Part shown: positions 19,184 to 28,675 of the stretch, one piece after another
How positions within the stretch are numbered: position 1 is the first letter of the stretch
Layout of the letters: every line of letters starts with the position of its first letter
Source of the DNA: Actinomycetes bacterium
GTDB lineage: Bacteria; Actinomycetota; Acidimicrobiia; Acidimicrobiales; Palsa-688
Direction of reading: 5' to 3'
DNA: 64,000 bases
Assembly: GCA_021838445.1 (NCBI GenBank)
Contig: JAKCDU010000010.1
Coordinates: 386 to 64,385 of the forward strand
Made by a program: the position numbers and the translations under genes
Notes under the pieces: model-generated
What the model was told of the DNA's origin: nothing
The model's database searches: none
The model's input: the letters and a program-made list of their open reading frames with translations, nothing else

Positions 19184-20448
19184 ACCGGCATCTCCATGCG
19201 CAGCAGAGGGGGAAGATCGGTCAGGTCTCCGAGGTGCAGCACCGCGGCCCTTCCCCTGCCGACGATGCCAGCCCGCTGGCCGGGTTGCACCCGGATGGCG
19301 ATCACCCTGACGTCGATCGGGAACCGGGCGGCGGCGCGCTGCAGTTCGGGGTCGGTGCTGGCCGAGCCCGAAACCAGGAGGGCGTAACTGATATCCGCTC
19401 CTTGAGCGGTGGCCCGTCCGACCACTGTCGGCAGGTCGGCCGCCCTGCGGTTCAAAGAGGCCCGGGACAGCGCATCGAGCAGGGTGTGCGGCAGAACACC
19501 GACCGCCGCCTGCTCGCCGGCCGCGACCACCGACGACAATCCGTCGCGGCAGGCCCGCAACGCGATCGAACCGGCCACCTCGAGCGCCAACTCGAACTCG
19601 GCGTCGTCGCCGTAGGCGGTCGGGCGGCAATCGACCACGGCGCACAGGGTGGAACGCCGGGTGTCGAGGAATTGACGGACGAGGAGTCGACCGACCCGGG
19701 CGCTGCTCCGCCAGTGGACGTGACGGCGGTCGTCGCCGGGGCTGTACTCGCGCAGGGCGTGAAAAGCCAGATCGCTCGGCGAGATATCAGCGGTGGTGCG
19801 GCCCTCCAGGTCCCGCAACAGTCCGCTGCCGAAGGGACTCAACGCAATGGTGCGGGGGTGCACGATCAGCTCGGTAGGTGGGCTGCTAGCGGCTTTGCGG
19901 TGATACAGGCCGAGCGGGTCCCCCCGGAGGGACGTCGCCGGGCCGACCGGTATGACCCCGCGGCGCTCGGTCGGCACGATGAACAGCTCCTCGGTCTCCT
20001 CGCCCGGCCCCAGCGTGACCACGTCGAAGAGGGCCGTGGCCCGCCCGACGGGCAGTTCGACCTGGCAGGGCAGGCTGCGCCGCCCGGTCGAGTTGCGCAC
20101 GGTCACCTGCCCCGCCGACGAGTCGCCGGCCACCACCCGGGGCGGCTCCAGCCGGACGTCTATGGACACCGACGACCTGCCCACAACGAACAGTCCGGCG
20201 AAGATCAACAGCAGCAGACACGCCCCGGCCAGGACCATGAGCTCGTTCCAACCGAGCCTCCAGCCGCCGACCCAGGCCAGAATTCCGATCGCCACCACCG
20301 TGCGGCCGAGCGGGCTCACCGTCGAGGCGATCCGGGCGACCCGCGACACCACCAGCTGGGCCATGCGGGCCGTGCCGGACGCGCTCTCCCTCCAGCCCTC
20401 GACCCGGGGGCTGAGAGATCGGATCCGATCGGTGACGGCAGCCGTCAT
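19180..20448 (-). CDS. DUF58-family (vWA-like) protein
   Basis: DUF58 signature HALREYSPGDDRRHVHWRSSARVGRLLVRQF. Two N-terminal TM helices. The ATG at 20448 is 5 nt after the MoxR stop. Confidence 0.85.
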   Translation of the reverse strand: MTAAVTDRIRSLSPRVEGWRESASGTARMAQLVVSRVARIASTVSPLGRTVVAIGILAWVGGWRLGWNELMVLAGACLLLLIFAGLFVVGRSSVSIDVRLEPPRVVAGDSSAGQVTVRNSTGRRSLPCQVELPVGRATALFDVVTLGPGEETEELFIVPTERRGVIPVGPATSLRGDPLGLYHRKAASSPPTELIVHPRTIALSPFGSGLLRDLEGRTTADISPSDLAFHALREYSPGDDRRHVHWRSSARVGRLLVRQFLDTRRSTLCAVVDCRPTAYGDDAEFELALEVAGSIALRACRDGLSSVVAAGEQAAVGVLPHTLLDALSRASLNRRAADLPTVVGRATAQGADISYALLVSGSASTDPELQRAAARFPIDVRVIAIRVQPGQRAGIVGRGRAAVLHLGDLTDLPPLLRMEMPV

Positions 20449-20453
20449 CTCGG

Positions 20454-21425
20454 TCAGGCTGCCCGCTCAGTAGGTGGCTTCACGTCGGAGAGGATCCCCG
20501 AGATGACGTCGTTGACGTCTACCCCGTTGAACTCCGCTTCGGCGTCCAGAAGCAGCCGGTGGCACAACACCGGCCCGGCCAGCTCCTTGATGTCATCCGG
20601 GATAACATAGTGGCGCCCGTCGGCGGCCGCCCACGTCTTGGCCGTCCGGATGAAAGCCAGGCAGCCCCGAACCGACACCCCGAGGCGGACGTGGCGGGCC
20701 CGCCTCGACTCCTCGGCCAGACGGCTGACGTATCGCAGCACCGAGTCATCGACGTGGACCTGGTCGGCCAGGCGGGCCATATCGGCGGCCGCCTTGGCTG
20801 TGATGAGCGGGGTGACCGCGTCGGAGCGGTTGCGGGTGCCGGCATCGGCGAGCAGCTTCACCGTCGACTCGTGGTCGGGGTAGCCGAGGCTGGTCTTCAT
20901 CAAGAAGCGGTCGAGCTGGGCCTCGGGTAGGCGATAGGTGCCGGCCTGCTCGATGGGGTTCTGGGTGGCCACCACCATGAACGGCTGCCCGACCGGGTGC
21001 GATACCCCGTCGACGGTCACCCTCCCCTCCTCCATCACTTCGAGAAGAGCCGACTGGGTCTTGGGCGAGGCCCGGTTGATCTCGTCAGCGAGCACTACCG
21101 TCGCGAATATCGGTCCGGGGTGGAATTCGAACTTCCCGACCCGCTGGTCGTAGATGGTCACTCCGGTCACGTCACTCGGCAGCAGGTCCGGGGTGAACTG
21201 CACCCGGGTGCTGGTTCCCTGCACCGTGTTGGCAATCGACTTGGCCAGCGACGTCTTCCCCGTACCGGGATAGTCCTCGAGCAGGAGATGCCCCTCGGAG
21301 AGCATGCAGGTGAACGCCAGACGGATCACATGGGTCTTGCCCACCACCGCCTGCTCGACGTTGGCGACCAAACGAGCGAAGGTGTCGGCGAACCAGCCGG
21401 CCTGCTCTGGGGTCATTGATGACAT
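20454..21425 (-). CDS. MoxR-family AAA+ ATPase
   Basis: Walker A: YPGTGKTSLAKS. Walker B/sensor: VVLADEINRASPKTQSALLEVMEE. ATG 21425 is preceded by AGGAG within TGAAGGAGCCGACATG, where TGA is the stop of the upstream giant gene. Confidence 0.9.
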   Translation of the reverse strand: MSSMTPEQAGWFADTFARLVANVEQAVVGKTHVIRLAFTCMLSEGHLLLEDYPGTGKTSLAKSIANTVQGTSTRVQFTPDLLPSDVTGVTIYDQRVGKFEFHPGPIFATVVLADEINRASPKTQSALLEVMEEGRVTVDGVSHPVGQPFMVVATQNPIEQAGTYRLPEAQLDRFLMKTSLGYPDHESTVKLLADAGTRNRSDAVTPLITAKAAADMARLADQVHVDDSVLRYVSRLAEESRRARHVRLGVSVRGCLAFIRTAKTWAAADGRHYVIPDDIKELAGPVLCHRLLLDAEAEFNGVDVNDVISGILSDVKPPTERAA

Positions 21426-21435
21426 GTCGGCTCCT

Positions 21436-24400
21436 TCAGCACAGCGGGACGTTGGGATCGACCAGAACACCGTTGGCGAGCGAGCCCGAGGTCTGGCCGT
21501 TGTTGTAGTAGTCGTCGGCGGGCGAGTAATAAGCGTTGCTCCAAGGGGAGCTGGCGACCCGGTAGTACCAGGGGTCGTTGTTGAGGCTCGCCACGACGAG
21601 ACCCGTCAATACGCACGACACCTGAACCGTTCCGTTGACCCTCGTTCCAGGCCCAGACTCGTTGGCTGCATTGGCGAAGGTGGGCGCGCCAGTCGACCCG
21701 GTGGTCTCCGCCCAAGTAGTCGGCTGGGGACAGGCGGCGGTGGAGGCGCTGGCGCTGGCCGTGGGGCTCTGCTGGCCGGCGGAGTCGACCACGTAGGCGG
21801 TGATGGTGTGGCTGGTGGCGCAGGTATAGCCAATGGTGTTGGATCCACCCGTTCCGTAGTTGGAGCAGCTGCTGTCGAAGCAGACATGGTAAGTGGCGAC
21901 CGGTCGACCGTTGTTACCGCCGCCGCTCCAGTCGTAGACGATGCTGTTGCCGCTCTGCGACGCCGATACCGACGGTGCGTAGGGAGGTCCGTAGGGGATG
22001 GCGGCCGACGCGTTCGACGGCCCGGCGCATCCCCCCGACGTTCCGCCGGCGGACTGGCTGCAGGCCGCCACCTGGATCGAGTAGTTGGTGCCGTTGGCGA
22101 GCCCGCTGATGGGCTCGGTGACCGTCTGCCCGGGCTGGCTGCTGGTGGACCACGAGCCGCTCGGTGACCCCGAGCCGTTGATGAAATAGTCCACCATGGA
22201 GATCGAAGCTCCATGAGAGGCGGGCAGGGTGAAGGTGGCCGTGACGCTGGTGTTGCCCGGGCTGACCGAGAGGTCGGTGATCTGGTTCGGGTATCCGACG
22301 GCATAGACCACCGGCGACGAGGCGGGGCTGGTCGCCGACAGGTCGCCCTCTTGGTTGGTGGCCGACACATGGTAGGTGTAGCCGGCGCCGTTGTCGTTGA
22401 TCGGGCCGAACGTGGCCGTGCACGCCGACCCGCTGCACTGGCCCGCCGCAACGGTCTCGGTCCCGGCCACGGCGCCGGCTTCGATCTCGGTGACGGTATA
22501 GCTGGCACAGCTCTGGGCGTCGTCGCAGTTGGTGATGACCGGCCAAGTGACAGTCACTGTGGTGGTGGTCTGGTCGGGCGACACCTTCCCCGACGCGGTC
22601 GGAGCTCCTGGTGTGGGGGGGGCGCCGTGGGCGTAGGTGCTGTTCGACGGCGACGACGACGGCCCGGCCCCGTCCGCGTTGTGGGCGACGACGGTGAAGC
22701 TGTAGGGCCCGACGGTGTCACTGAGCCCGGTCCAATCGAACGAGGTCGCCGATCCTGGAACGTACTGCGTGGTCGTTCCCGTCGAAGGGCTCACGCTGAC
22801 GATGTACTTGTCTATTGGTTTGCCGCCGTCGAACGGTGCAGTCCAGTTGACAGTGGCCTGGCCGTTCCCCGCTTTGGCGACCACCGCGGTCGGCGCGTCG
22901 GGAATGGAGTTGGGCTCGAACGAGCCCGACACCGACTGGCTACCGGGACCGACCCGGTTGACTGCGGTCACGGTGAACTGGTAGGTCTGACCGTTCTGCA
23001 GCCCCGACGTCCACGAGTAGGAGGTTCCGGGCGTCTGCACGGTGACGCCGTTCATGGCCACGGTGTAGTACTCGATCGGCGACCCGTTATCCGCCGCCGG
23101 GGTCCACGACAGATCGACCGTCTTGTCTCCGGGCACGCCGGTGAGCCCGCTCGGGGGACCGGGATTGTCGAGCACCTGGAGCGTGATCTGCCCGTTGACG
23201 AAGCGGTCCTGGCGTTGCGGTCCCTGGTCGCTCACCACCACAGGGAAGGTGACGACACCGTGCACCCCCTTGTCGGGGGTGATCTGGATCTGCGAGCCGC
23301 TGTGGGTGACCTGGGCACTTCCCTGGCTGGGCGCCCCGACCCCGATCACCATGATGTCCGGGCTCGACAGCGGCGTGGTCACGTACTGGGCCACATCGAT
23401 GGTAGCCGTGGAGCCGGTCTGCACCCCTGGCACGTCGATCGCCGACATCGAAGCCGGGCCGGCTTCGACGGCTTGCACCTCGAGGGTCGAGAACCCGGTC
23501 GGCGACGAGCCCTGCACCCCGACGGTGATCGTGCCGACCGACCCGCCAACGGCACTGGACGCGGCGGTGACCCTCACCACCTTCCCGGTCTGGCCGGGGG
23601 CCCATCCGAGGCTCACGCCGCTCACCGCTTTGGCCCAGCTCTCACTGTAGGTCAAAGTGTTGGGGCTGGCCCCCGTCGGCGTCCAGACTTCGCAGATGCC
23701 GGCGATGTTGGCGTCGACGGGAAGGCCGCTCTCGACCACCACCAGCGGGTCGCTCGGGCAGCGGACGATCGGGCTCGGGTTGCCAACCTGAACGGGTATG
23801 GAGAATGCTGCGGTGTGGGCGCCGGGTGCCGACAGGCTCTGGGCGTCGATCACCTGGACAGTGAGCGAACCCGGCCCGGAGTAACCGGGCGCGGCCTTCA
23901 ATGTCAGGTCGGTGTTGCTGTCCACCTGCAACGACAGCCCACCGCTCGGTGACGCCAGCTGGGCGTCGACGGTGGTCAACCGGATGGGGTGGAGAGGATC
24001 GGTGATGTAGTCGGGTACGTGGACCACGGTGGTCCCCCCCGAGGGCACTCTTATCAGCTGGCCGGGCTTCAGCCGCGGGCCGGAGGCTGCGCCGGGGAGA
24101 TGGACCACGCCGACGGCGGTGGCCTTGGTGCTGGTGCTCTCGATCTCGTAGGGGACCGACCGTGGGTTGCTGCTCACCGGGATGACCAGGCTGGAGGGGG
24201 AGGTCGGATCGATCGTCGCGTCGGGTGAGCCGACCAGGACGACGTGACCACCGGAGGGGTCGCTGTCCTTGGCCAATACGTCCACCTTGACCGTCTGGGC
24301 CCCCGCTGCGGGAGGGGTCGGGTAGTAGTCGCTGGCGATCGGGGTGAGAGCGAAGCCCGGCTCGTCTCCTACGACCACGTGGGCGACCGACGGCGCGGCG

Positions 24401-27400
24401 GTGCCGTCGGTGATGCCGTAGGCGATGCTGAGCGGTGTGGCACCGGATGGAGCCACGATCTGGAGGGTGGAGTGGTCGGCACCGACCAGCTGTGTTGTGG
24501 ACGGGACAGACGAGTTGGTGGCACTCAGCGGCTCGACGATGAGCTGGTCGCCTGGTGCGACGATGTCGCCGGCCAGCAGGTCCACGTCGACGGTTTCGCC
24601 GGGGGCAGCGGTGACGTCATGGTCGACGGCCACCGGGGCCTGCACCTGGGTGGGAGGGGTGACGCTGATGCGCACCACGCCCTGGGCGCTCAGACCCGAG
24701 GGGCCGACCATGTCGTAGGTGAGGCTGTCGGTGCCGCCGGCGAAAGCGGTCGAGCCGGCCACGGTCGGGTAGGCCTGGTAGGTGATGCTGTTGGCGGTGA
24801 ACGACATGACCCGGCCCAGGTGGGGCGGTGTCTCGATCCCGGTGACGGTCCCACTGTCACCATCGGGGGACACCCCAGTCGTCGGTATGTCGATGGTCAG
24901 GGTCCCGCCTGATTCGGTGCGGGCGTCGACCTCGGCGGGGGCGGGGGGCGTGTCGAGGCTCGCCGTCGTAGGGTTGATCGTCATGTAGGCCTGCCCGGTC
25001 ACCCGGGCCCCCCTGTCGGACTCGACCACGTAGGCCAGGGTCACCTGCTCGGGCCCGCTCAGCGCTTTGGGGGCGACACCATCGGCCGGGGCGGCGTAGC
25101 GGACGTAGGCGCCGCTGATCGACGCCGAACCGAGACCGGTCGGGTAGGCCCCGCCGGTGTTGGTCTGGCTGAGGGTCACCGCTGCGGGAGTGCCGCCGCC
25201 GACGAGGTGCACCGATTCGCCGTCGGGGTCGCTGGCCGAGGCCAGGACCGGGATGTCGATCTCGTCTCCAGCCCGGACCGTGGCGTAGACGGCCGGTACG
25301 ACAGGGGGTGGTGCGGGCAGGATGGGGGGCGCCCAGTAGACGGTCACCTGGCCGGTGACCGCCCCCGAGACGCCGTTGCTCACCTGATAGGCGACGATGC
25401 CCGTGGCTGGCGGGCTCGGTGTGGTCGCCACCACCCGGAGGTACTGGCCGTCGACGACGGTGGCCTGCAGGTAGCTCGGGGCATCGACGCCGACGACCGA
25501 CAGGAGGCCGCCGGAAGGGTCGTAGTCGCCGCTCAGCACGTCGACTGTCGCCGGGTACTGGCCGTGGATGAGCATCGAGACCGGAGTGGTGACCGGCGGG
25601 AGGGTCTGCGTCGGCGGGGCCACCGCCTCGACCAGGATCTGGGTGGCCGGCGAGACCCCCGATCCGTAGGAGGCCTGGTAGTCGAGCGAATAGGTGCCGG
25701 CATCGGAGGCGGTGAGGGTGAGCATCCCGGTGCTGGTGTTGGTCGCCACGGACAGGCCGGCGGCTCCCGCGACCGGACCGGCCAGAGCGAGGGTCGCACC
25801 CGGGTGGATGGGGTCGGCGCCGAAGATGTCGTTGGCGAGCGGGGCGAAGCTGGATGGCCGGCCGACGCTGACCTTTACGGCGTCGGGGACGGCCGTCGGG
25901 GGGTAAGGGGTGAGGTCGCCCCGACCGAGGACGACCAGTGGCTGCTGGGCGCTCACCGCCGGGCTGCGGCCGTCGGTGACCTCGTACGTGATGTCCACCG
26001 GGCGGTCGGCCGCGTTATCCCCCGGTGCGCTGTAGGTGAGCAGGCCGTCGCTGGTCCACGAGACGGTCCCGTCGCCAGAGGGGACGCTGGCCGAGCTGAC
26101 GGTTAGGGCGTCGTTCTCGGGGTCGCGCCAGTCCCCCAGGAGCTGCAGGCTCACGGTGTCCCCGGCCACCACATGGCGGACCGGGGCCGGCGCCGCCGGG
26201 GGCACTGGGGCGTGCTCGTCGCGGGTTGGTTGCACCGTGACGGGACCGGATTTGGTCAGGCCGAAACCGTCGATCACCTCGTAGGTGAACGTTACGGGCG
26301 CGCTGGCAGCCGGCGCCAAGGTCAGGATGACACTCTGATTGTCAGGGGATACTGCCGCGCTGAAGCCGGGGCCCGAGGCAGTCACGTTCAGTACCGACAG
26401 GATGCTCCCTCCCGGGTCCACGTCCTGGTCGAGGACGTGGAGCTTGGACTGCACCCCCGAGCGGGCATACAGGAGAGGGTTGTGCAGCTCGGGGGGATCC
26501 CGGTGGGGGGTCTGGCTGGCCGCCGCATGATTGGCCGAGTTGTTCGACGCCTGGGCGGTGAGGCCCTGCAGCACCCGTTGCCAGTCCTTGCTCTGCAGGA
26601 CCTGGGCTGCCGATCCCTTCACCGTCCACGCAGCTCCGCTCGCAGCGTCGTTGAGCAGGATCTGCCCGTTGTTGACCCGGTACACCGGGTTGGTCACCAC
26701 GGTGTCTTGATTGTGGGCGGCATGGAGCGGGTCGAGGATCGTTGGTCCGCCGGGGCAGGTGCTCGACTGGTAACCGGGGGCGCCGCTCCACGCCCCGTAA
26801 CCGCACCCGGCCAGCTCGACCGGCTGGGCCGGAGCCCGGCCGGTCCCCGGGACCGTGACCAGGGCCAGCGGGGCGCCCCCGCCGAGGGGGACGGCGAGGA
26901 GCTCATTGGGTGAGGCAACCAGCACTGAAGCCGATGCTGGACCCGACTGCTGAAGGGCGAAGGGCGAGCGGCTCCCCGACGCGCTGAGCGGGTCGAGGGC
27001 GGTCGTCCGCCCGGCGAGGGGCACTATCACCACTGGCTTGGACGCCGTGGTGTCCATGACCACCGGGACGGTTCCGACCGTCGTGAGGGCGATTGCTCCG
27101 CCGGTCAGCGGACCATCGGGGTAGGCGACCACTTTCGGGGTTCCGAACCGGCCGCTCAGGTCGGGTATCTCGACCAGCGCGCTCGCAGAGGCCGCGAAGA
27201 CGTCTCCGACGGTGTCGACCGCCACAGCTTCTGCCCCCGCCAGGGTCCCTATGGGTTTGGTCGTTACCGGGTTGAGCCCGGTGATGTCGGCCACTTGGGC
27301 GCCGCCCACCGGTTCCGCCCAGATTCCCGCCGGCTTGCCCGCCTGCGGTTGGAGCAGGGCCGCGACCCCTCCGCCCAGGGCGACCTGACCGCCTGGCCCG

Positions 27401-27768
27401 TAGGCCACTCCGCGGGCCGGGTCGGCGGCGCCGGTGGCCACGTCGATGGGGAAGACCTTGCGGCTCAGCGAGTCGATAGCGAGGACCGTGGTCCCTTCCT
27501 GGCGCACGTCGAGCTGGTAGGCCGTCTGGGTGGTGGCGTTGGCGGCCACCAGCGCGGTGAGCTGTTCGATGGGGACGTTGAACTGCCCGAATTGGCCGGG
27601 CACCTGGTCATTGACCACCCACACGCTTCCGTCGTTGGCCGACACGTGATCGACGGGCACACCCGTCGCCGTCACCGCCATGACCACCACCGCCGCGGTG
27701 ACCGCGGCCAGCATGGTGGCCGAGGTGCTCCGGCTGCGGAGCAGGCCGGTCAGGCGGCCGAGTCGCAA
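21436..27768 (-). CDS. Giant (2110 aa) secreted protein: N-terminal propeller-like region, multiple cadherin-like/Ig-like domains, about five fibronectin type III domains and a W/Y-rich C-terminal domain
   Basis: TTG start at 27768, followed by a signal/anchor segment (ATMLAAVTAAVVVMAVTATG). Recurrent D.DP.G..L.V motifs: DVDPGGSILSV, DPENDALTVSS, DYDPSGGLLSVVG, DPDGESVHLVG, DSDPSGGHVVLVG. FN3 signatures include PGPPSGLTGVPGDKTVDLSWTPAADNGSPIEYYTV and ATVNWTAPFDGGKPIDKYIV. Confidence 0.85.
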   Translation of the reverse strand: MRLGRLTGLLRSRSTSATMLAAVTAAVVVMAVTATGVPVDHVSANDGSVWVVNDQVPGQFGQFNVPIEQLTALVAANATTQTAYQLDVRQEGTTVLAIDSLSRKVFPIDVATGAADPARGVAYGPGGQVALGGGVAALLQPQAGKPAGIWAEPVGGAQVADITGLNPVTTKPIGTLAGAEAVAVDTVGDVFAASASALVEIPDLSGRFGTPKVVAYPDGPLTGGAIALTTVGTVPVVMDTTASKPVVIVPLAGRTTALDPLSASGSRSPFALQQSGPASASVLVASPNELLAVPLGGGAPLALVTVPGTGRAPAQPVELAGCGYGAWSGAPGYQSSTCPGGPTILDPLHAAHNQDTVVTNPVYRVNNGQILLNDAASGAAWTVKGSAAQVLQSKDWQRVLQGLTAQASNNSANHAAASQTPHRDPPELHNPLLYARSGVQSKLHVLDQDVDPGGSILSVLNVTASGPGFSAAVSPDNQSVILTLAPAASAPVTFTYEVIDGFGLTKSGPVTVQPTRDEHAPVPPAAPAPVRHVVAGDTVSLQLLGDWRDPENDALTVSSASVPSGDGTVSWTSDGLLTYSAPGDNAADRPVDITYEVTDGRSPAVSAQQPLVVLGRGDLTPYPPTAVPDAVKVSVGRPSSFAPLANDIFGADPIHPGATLALAGPVAGAAGLSVATNTSTGMLTLTASDAGTYSLDYQASYGSGVSPATQILVEAVAPPTQTLPPVTTPVSMLIHGQYPATVDVLSGDYDPSGGLLSVVGVDAPSYLQATVVDGQYLRVVATTPSPPATGIVAYQVSNGVSGAVTGQVTVYWAPPILPAPPPVVPAVYATVRAGDEIDIPVLASASDPDGESVHLVGGGTPAAVTLSQTNTGGAYPTGLGSASISGAYVRYAAPADGVAPKALSGPEQVTLAYVVESDRGARVTGQAYMTINPTTASLDTPPAPAEVDARTESGGTLTIDIPTTGVSPDGDSGTVTGIETPPHLGRVMSFTANSITYQAYPTVAGSTAFAGGTDSLTYDMVGPSGLSAQGVVRISVTPPTQVQAPVAVDHDVTAAPGETVDVDLLAGDIVAPGDQLIVEPLSATNSSVPSTTQLVGADHSTLQIVAPSGATPLSIAYGITDGTAAPSVAHVVVGDEPGFALTPIASDYYPTPPAAGAQTVKVDVLAKDSDPSGGHVVLVGSPDATIDPTSPSSLVIPVSSNPRSVPYEIESTSTKATAVGVVHLPGAASGPRLKPGQLIRVPSGGTTVVHVPDYITDPLHPIRLTTVDAQLASPSGGLSLQVDSNTDLTLKAAPGYSGPGSLTVQVIDAQSLSAPGAHTAAFSIPVQVGNPSPIVRCPSDPLVVVESGLPVDANIAGICEVWTPTGASPNTLTYSESWAKAVSGVSLGWAPGQTGKVVRVTAASSAVGGSVGTITVGVQGSSPTGFSTLEVQAVEAGPASMSAIDVPGVQTGSTATIDVAQYVTTPLSSPDIMVIGVGAPSQGSAQVTHSGSQIQITPDKGVHGVVTFPVVVSDQGPQRQDRFVNGQITLQVLDNPGPPSGLTGVPGDKTVDLSWTPAADNGSPIEYYTVAMNGVTVQTPGTSYSWTSGLQNGQTYQFTVTAVNRVGPGSQSVSGSFEPNSIPDAPTAVVAKAGNGQATVNWTAPFDGGKPIDKYIVSVSPSTGTTTQYVPGSATSFDWTGLSDTVGPYSFTVVAHNADGAGPSSSPSNSTYAHGAPPTPGAPTASGKVSPDQTTTTVTVTWPVITNCDDAQSCASYTVTEIEAGAVAGTETVAAGQCSGSACTATFGPINDNGAGYTYHVSATNQEGDLSATSPASSPVVYAVGYPNQITDLSVSPGNTSVTATFTLPASHGASISMVDYFINGSGSPSGSWSTSSQPGQTVTEPISGLANGTNYSIQVAACSQSAGGTSGGCAGPSNASAAIPYGPPYAPSVSASQSGNSIVYDWSGGGNNGRPVATYHVCFDSSCSNYGTGGSNTIGYTCATSHTITAYVVDSAGQQSPTASASASTAACPQPTTWAETTGSTGAPTFANAANESGPGTRVNGTVQVSCVLTGLVVASLNNDPWYYRVASSPWSNAYYSPADDYYNNGQTSGSLANGVLVDPNVPLC

Positions 27769-27909
27769 GTCTGCCCCTTCCGTCCTCGTTCCCGCGACCC
27801 GCTGTCGCCATGACTGCCACTACCCGCCGCTCGCAGCCCGGGCATGGTCCCCGTCGGCGGGGTCGACGGCAAGGTGGAGATCCCCCCTCTGCCCCGGGTC
27901 ACGATCTCC

Positions 27910-28665
27910 TCAGCCGGCACTGTTTCCACCACCCGCCGACATCGACGGCGCTGCTGCGGCAGGGACCGGCTCGGTCGGCTGCGGGTCGAGCAAGGCGAGG
28001 TCCTCGGCTGAAACCAGCCGGGCCGACAGGGCGTACTCCACCAGCCGGGCCCTACGGTCGGTGGCCAGGCGGTCGGGCCCTCCGTGCAGGCCGCGCACCC
28101 CGAGACGGGCCATCTTCTGGCATACATTGTCAAGCTTCCGGTTGAACTTGGTGATCGGCCAGCCCAGCCGGGCGGCCGCTTCGGCCGACGACGGGGTGCT
28201 GACCGCGCCGGACCCCCGGCGGCGCAGCAGGGGCTCGGCCAGCACCACCAGCAGGAGGCGTTGGTCGGGGGTCAGGGTGGTGCGCCCGTAGGTGGTGCCG
28301 CCGGCTACTTCGAGGGAAGGCTCGGGCGCCACGACCGCGAACGGGGCTTCATCGACCTCGATCTCGAACTGGTAGGTGGTGGGACCGGCGGTGAACCAAA
28401 CCGAGCACCGGTCGAACACCAGTGGCAGGCGAGCACCCGGCGCCAACCAGGCCTGCACCACGCCGTCGTGGTCGCTGAGCGTGGCGGCCAGCTGGCGCCC
28501 CACGTTGGCGATCCACCACATCGCGCTTTCGCGGAATAGCCGGAGGAACCGCCGGTGTAGGTAAGGGTTGTCATCGATAACCAGGTCGCCTTCGCGCCCG
28601 ATGGTCATCTCCTCGTCGGGCTCGAGGCGGTGCACTTCGCCGCAGAAGTCGATGGTCAGTCCCAT
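27910..28665 (-). CDS. Hypothetical regulator: degenerate FHA-like N-terminal domain plus a C-terminal winged-helix-like domain
   Basis: The ATG at 28665 is 10 nt after the kinase stop. N-terminus: EEMTIGREGDLVIDDNPYLHRRFLRL (an FHA-like pattern lacking the canonical Ser). C-terminus: LGWPITKFNRKLDNVCQKMARLGVRGL, which is HTH-like. Confidence 0.65.
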   Translation of the reverse strand: MGLTIDFCGEVHRLEPDEEMTIGREGDLVIDDNPYLHRRFLRLFRESAMWWIANVGRQLAATLSDHDGVVQAWLAPGARLPLVFDRCSVWFTAGPTTYQFEIEVDEAPFAVVAPEPSLEVAGGTTYGRTTLTPDQRLLLVVLAEPLLRRRGSGAVSTPSSAEAAARLGWPITKFNRKLDNVCQKMARLGVRGLHGGPDRLATDRRARLVEYALSARLVSAEDLALLDPQPTEPVPAAAAPSMSAGGGNSAG

Positions 28666-28675
28666 TTCGGTCGCC

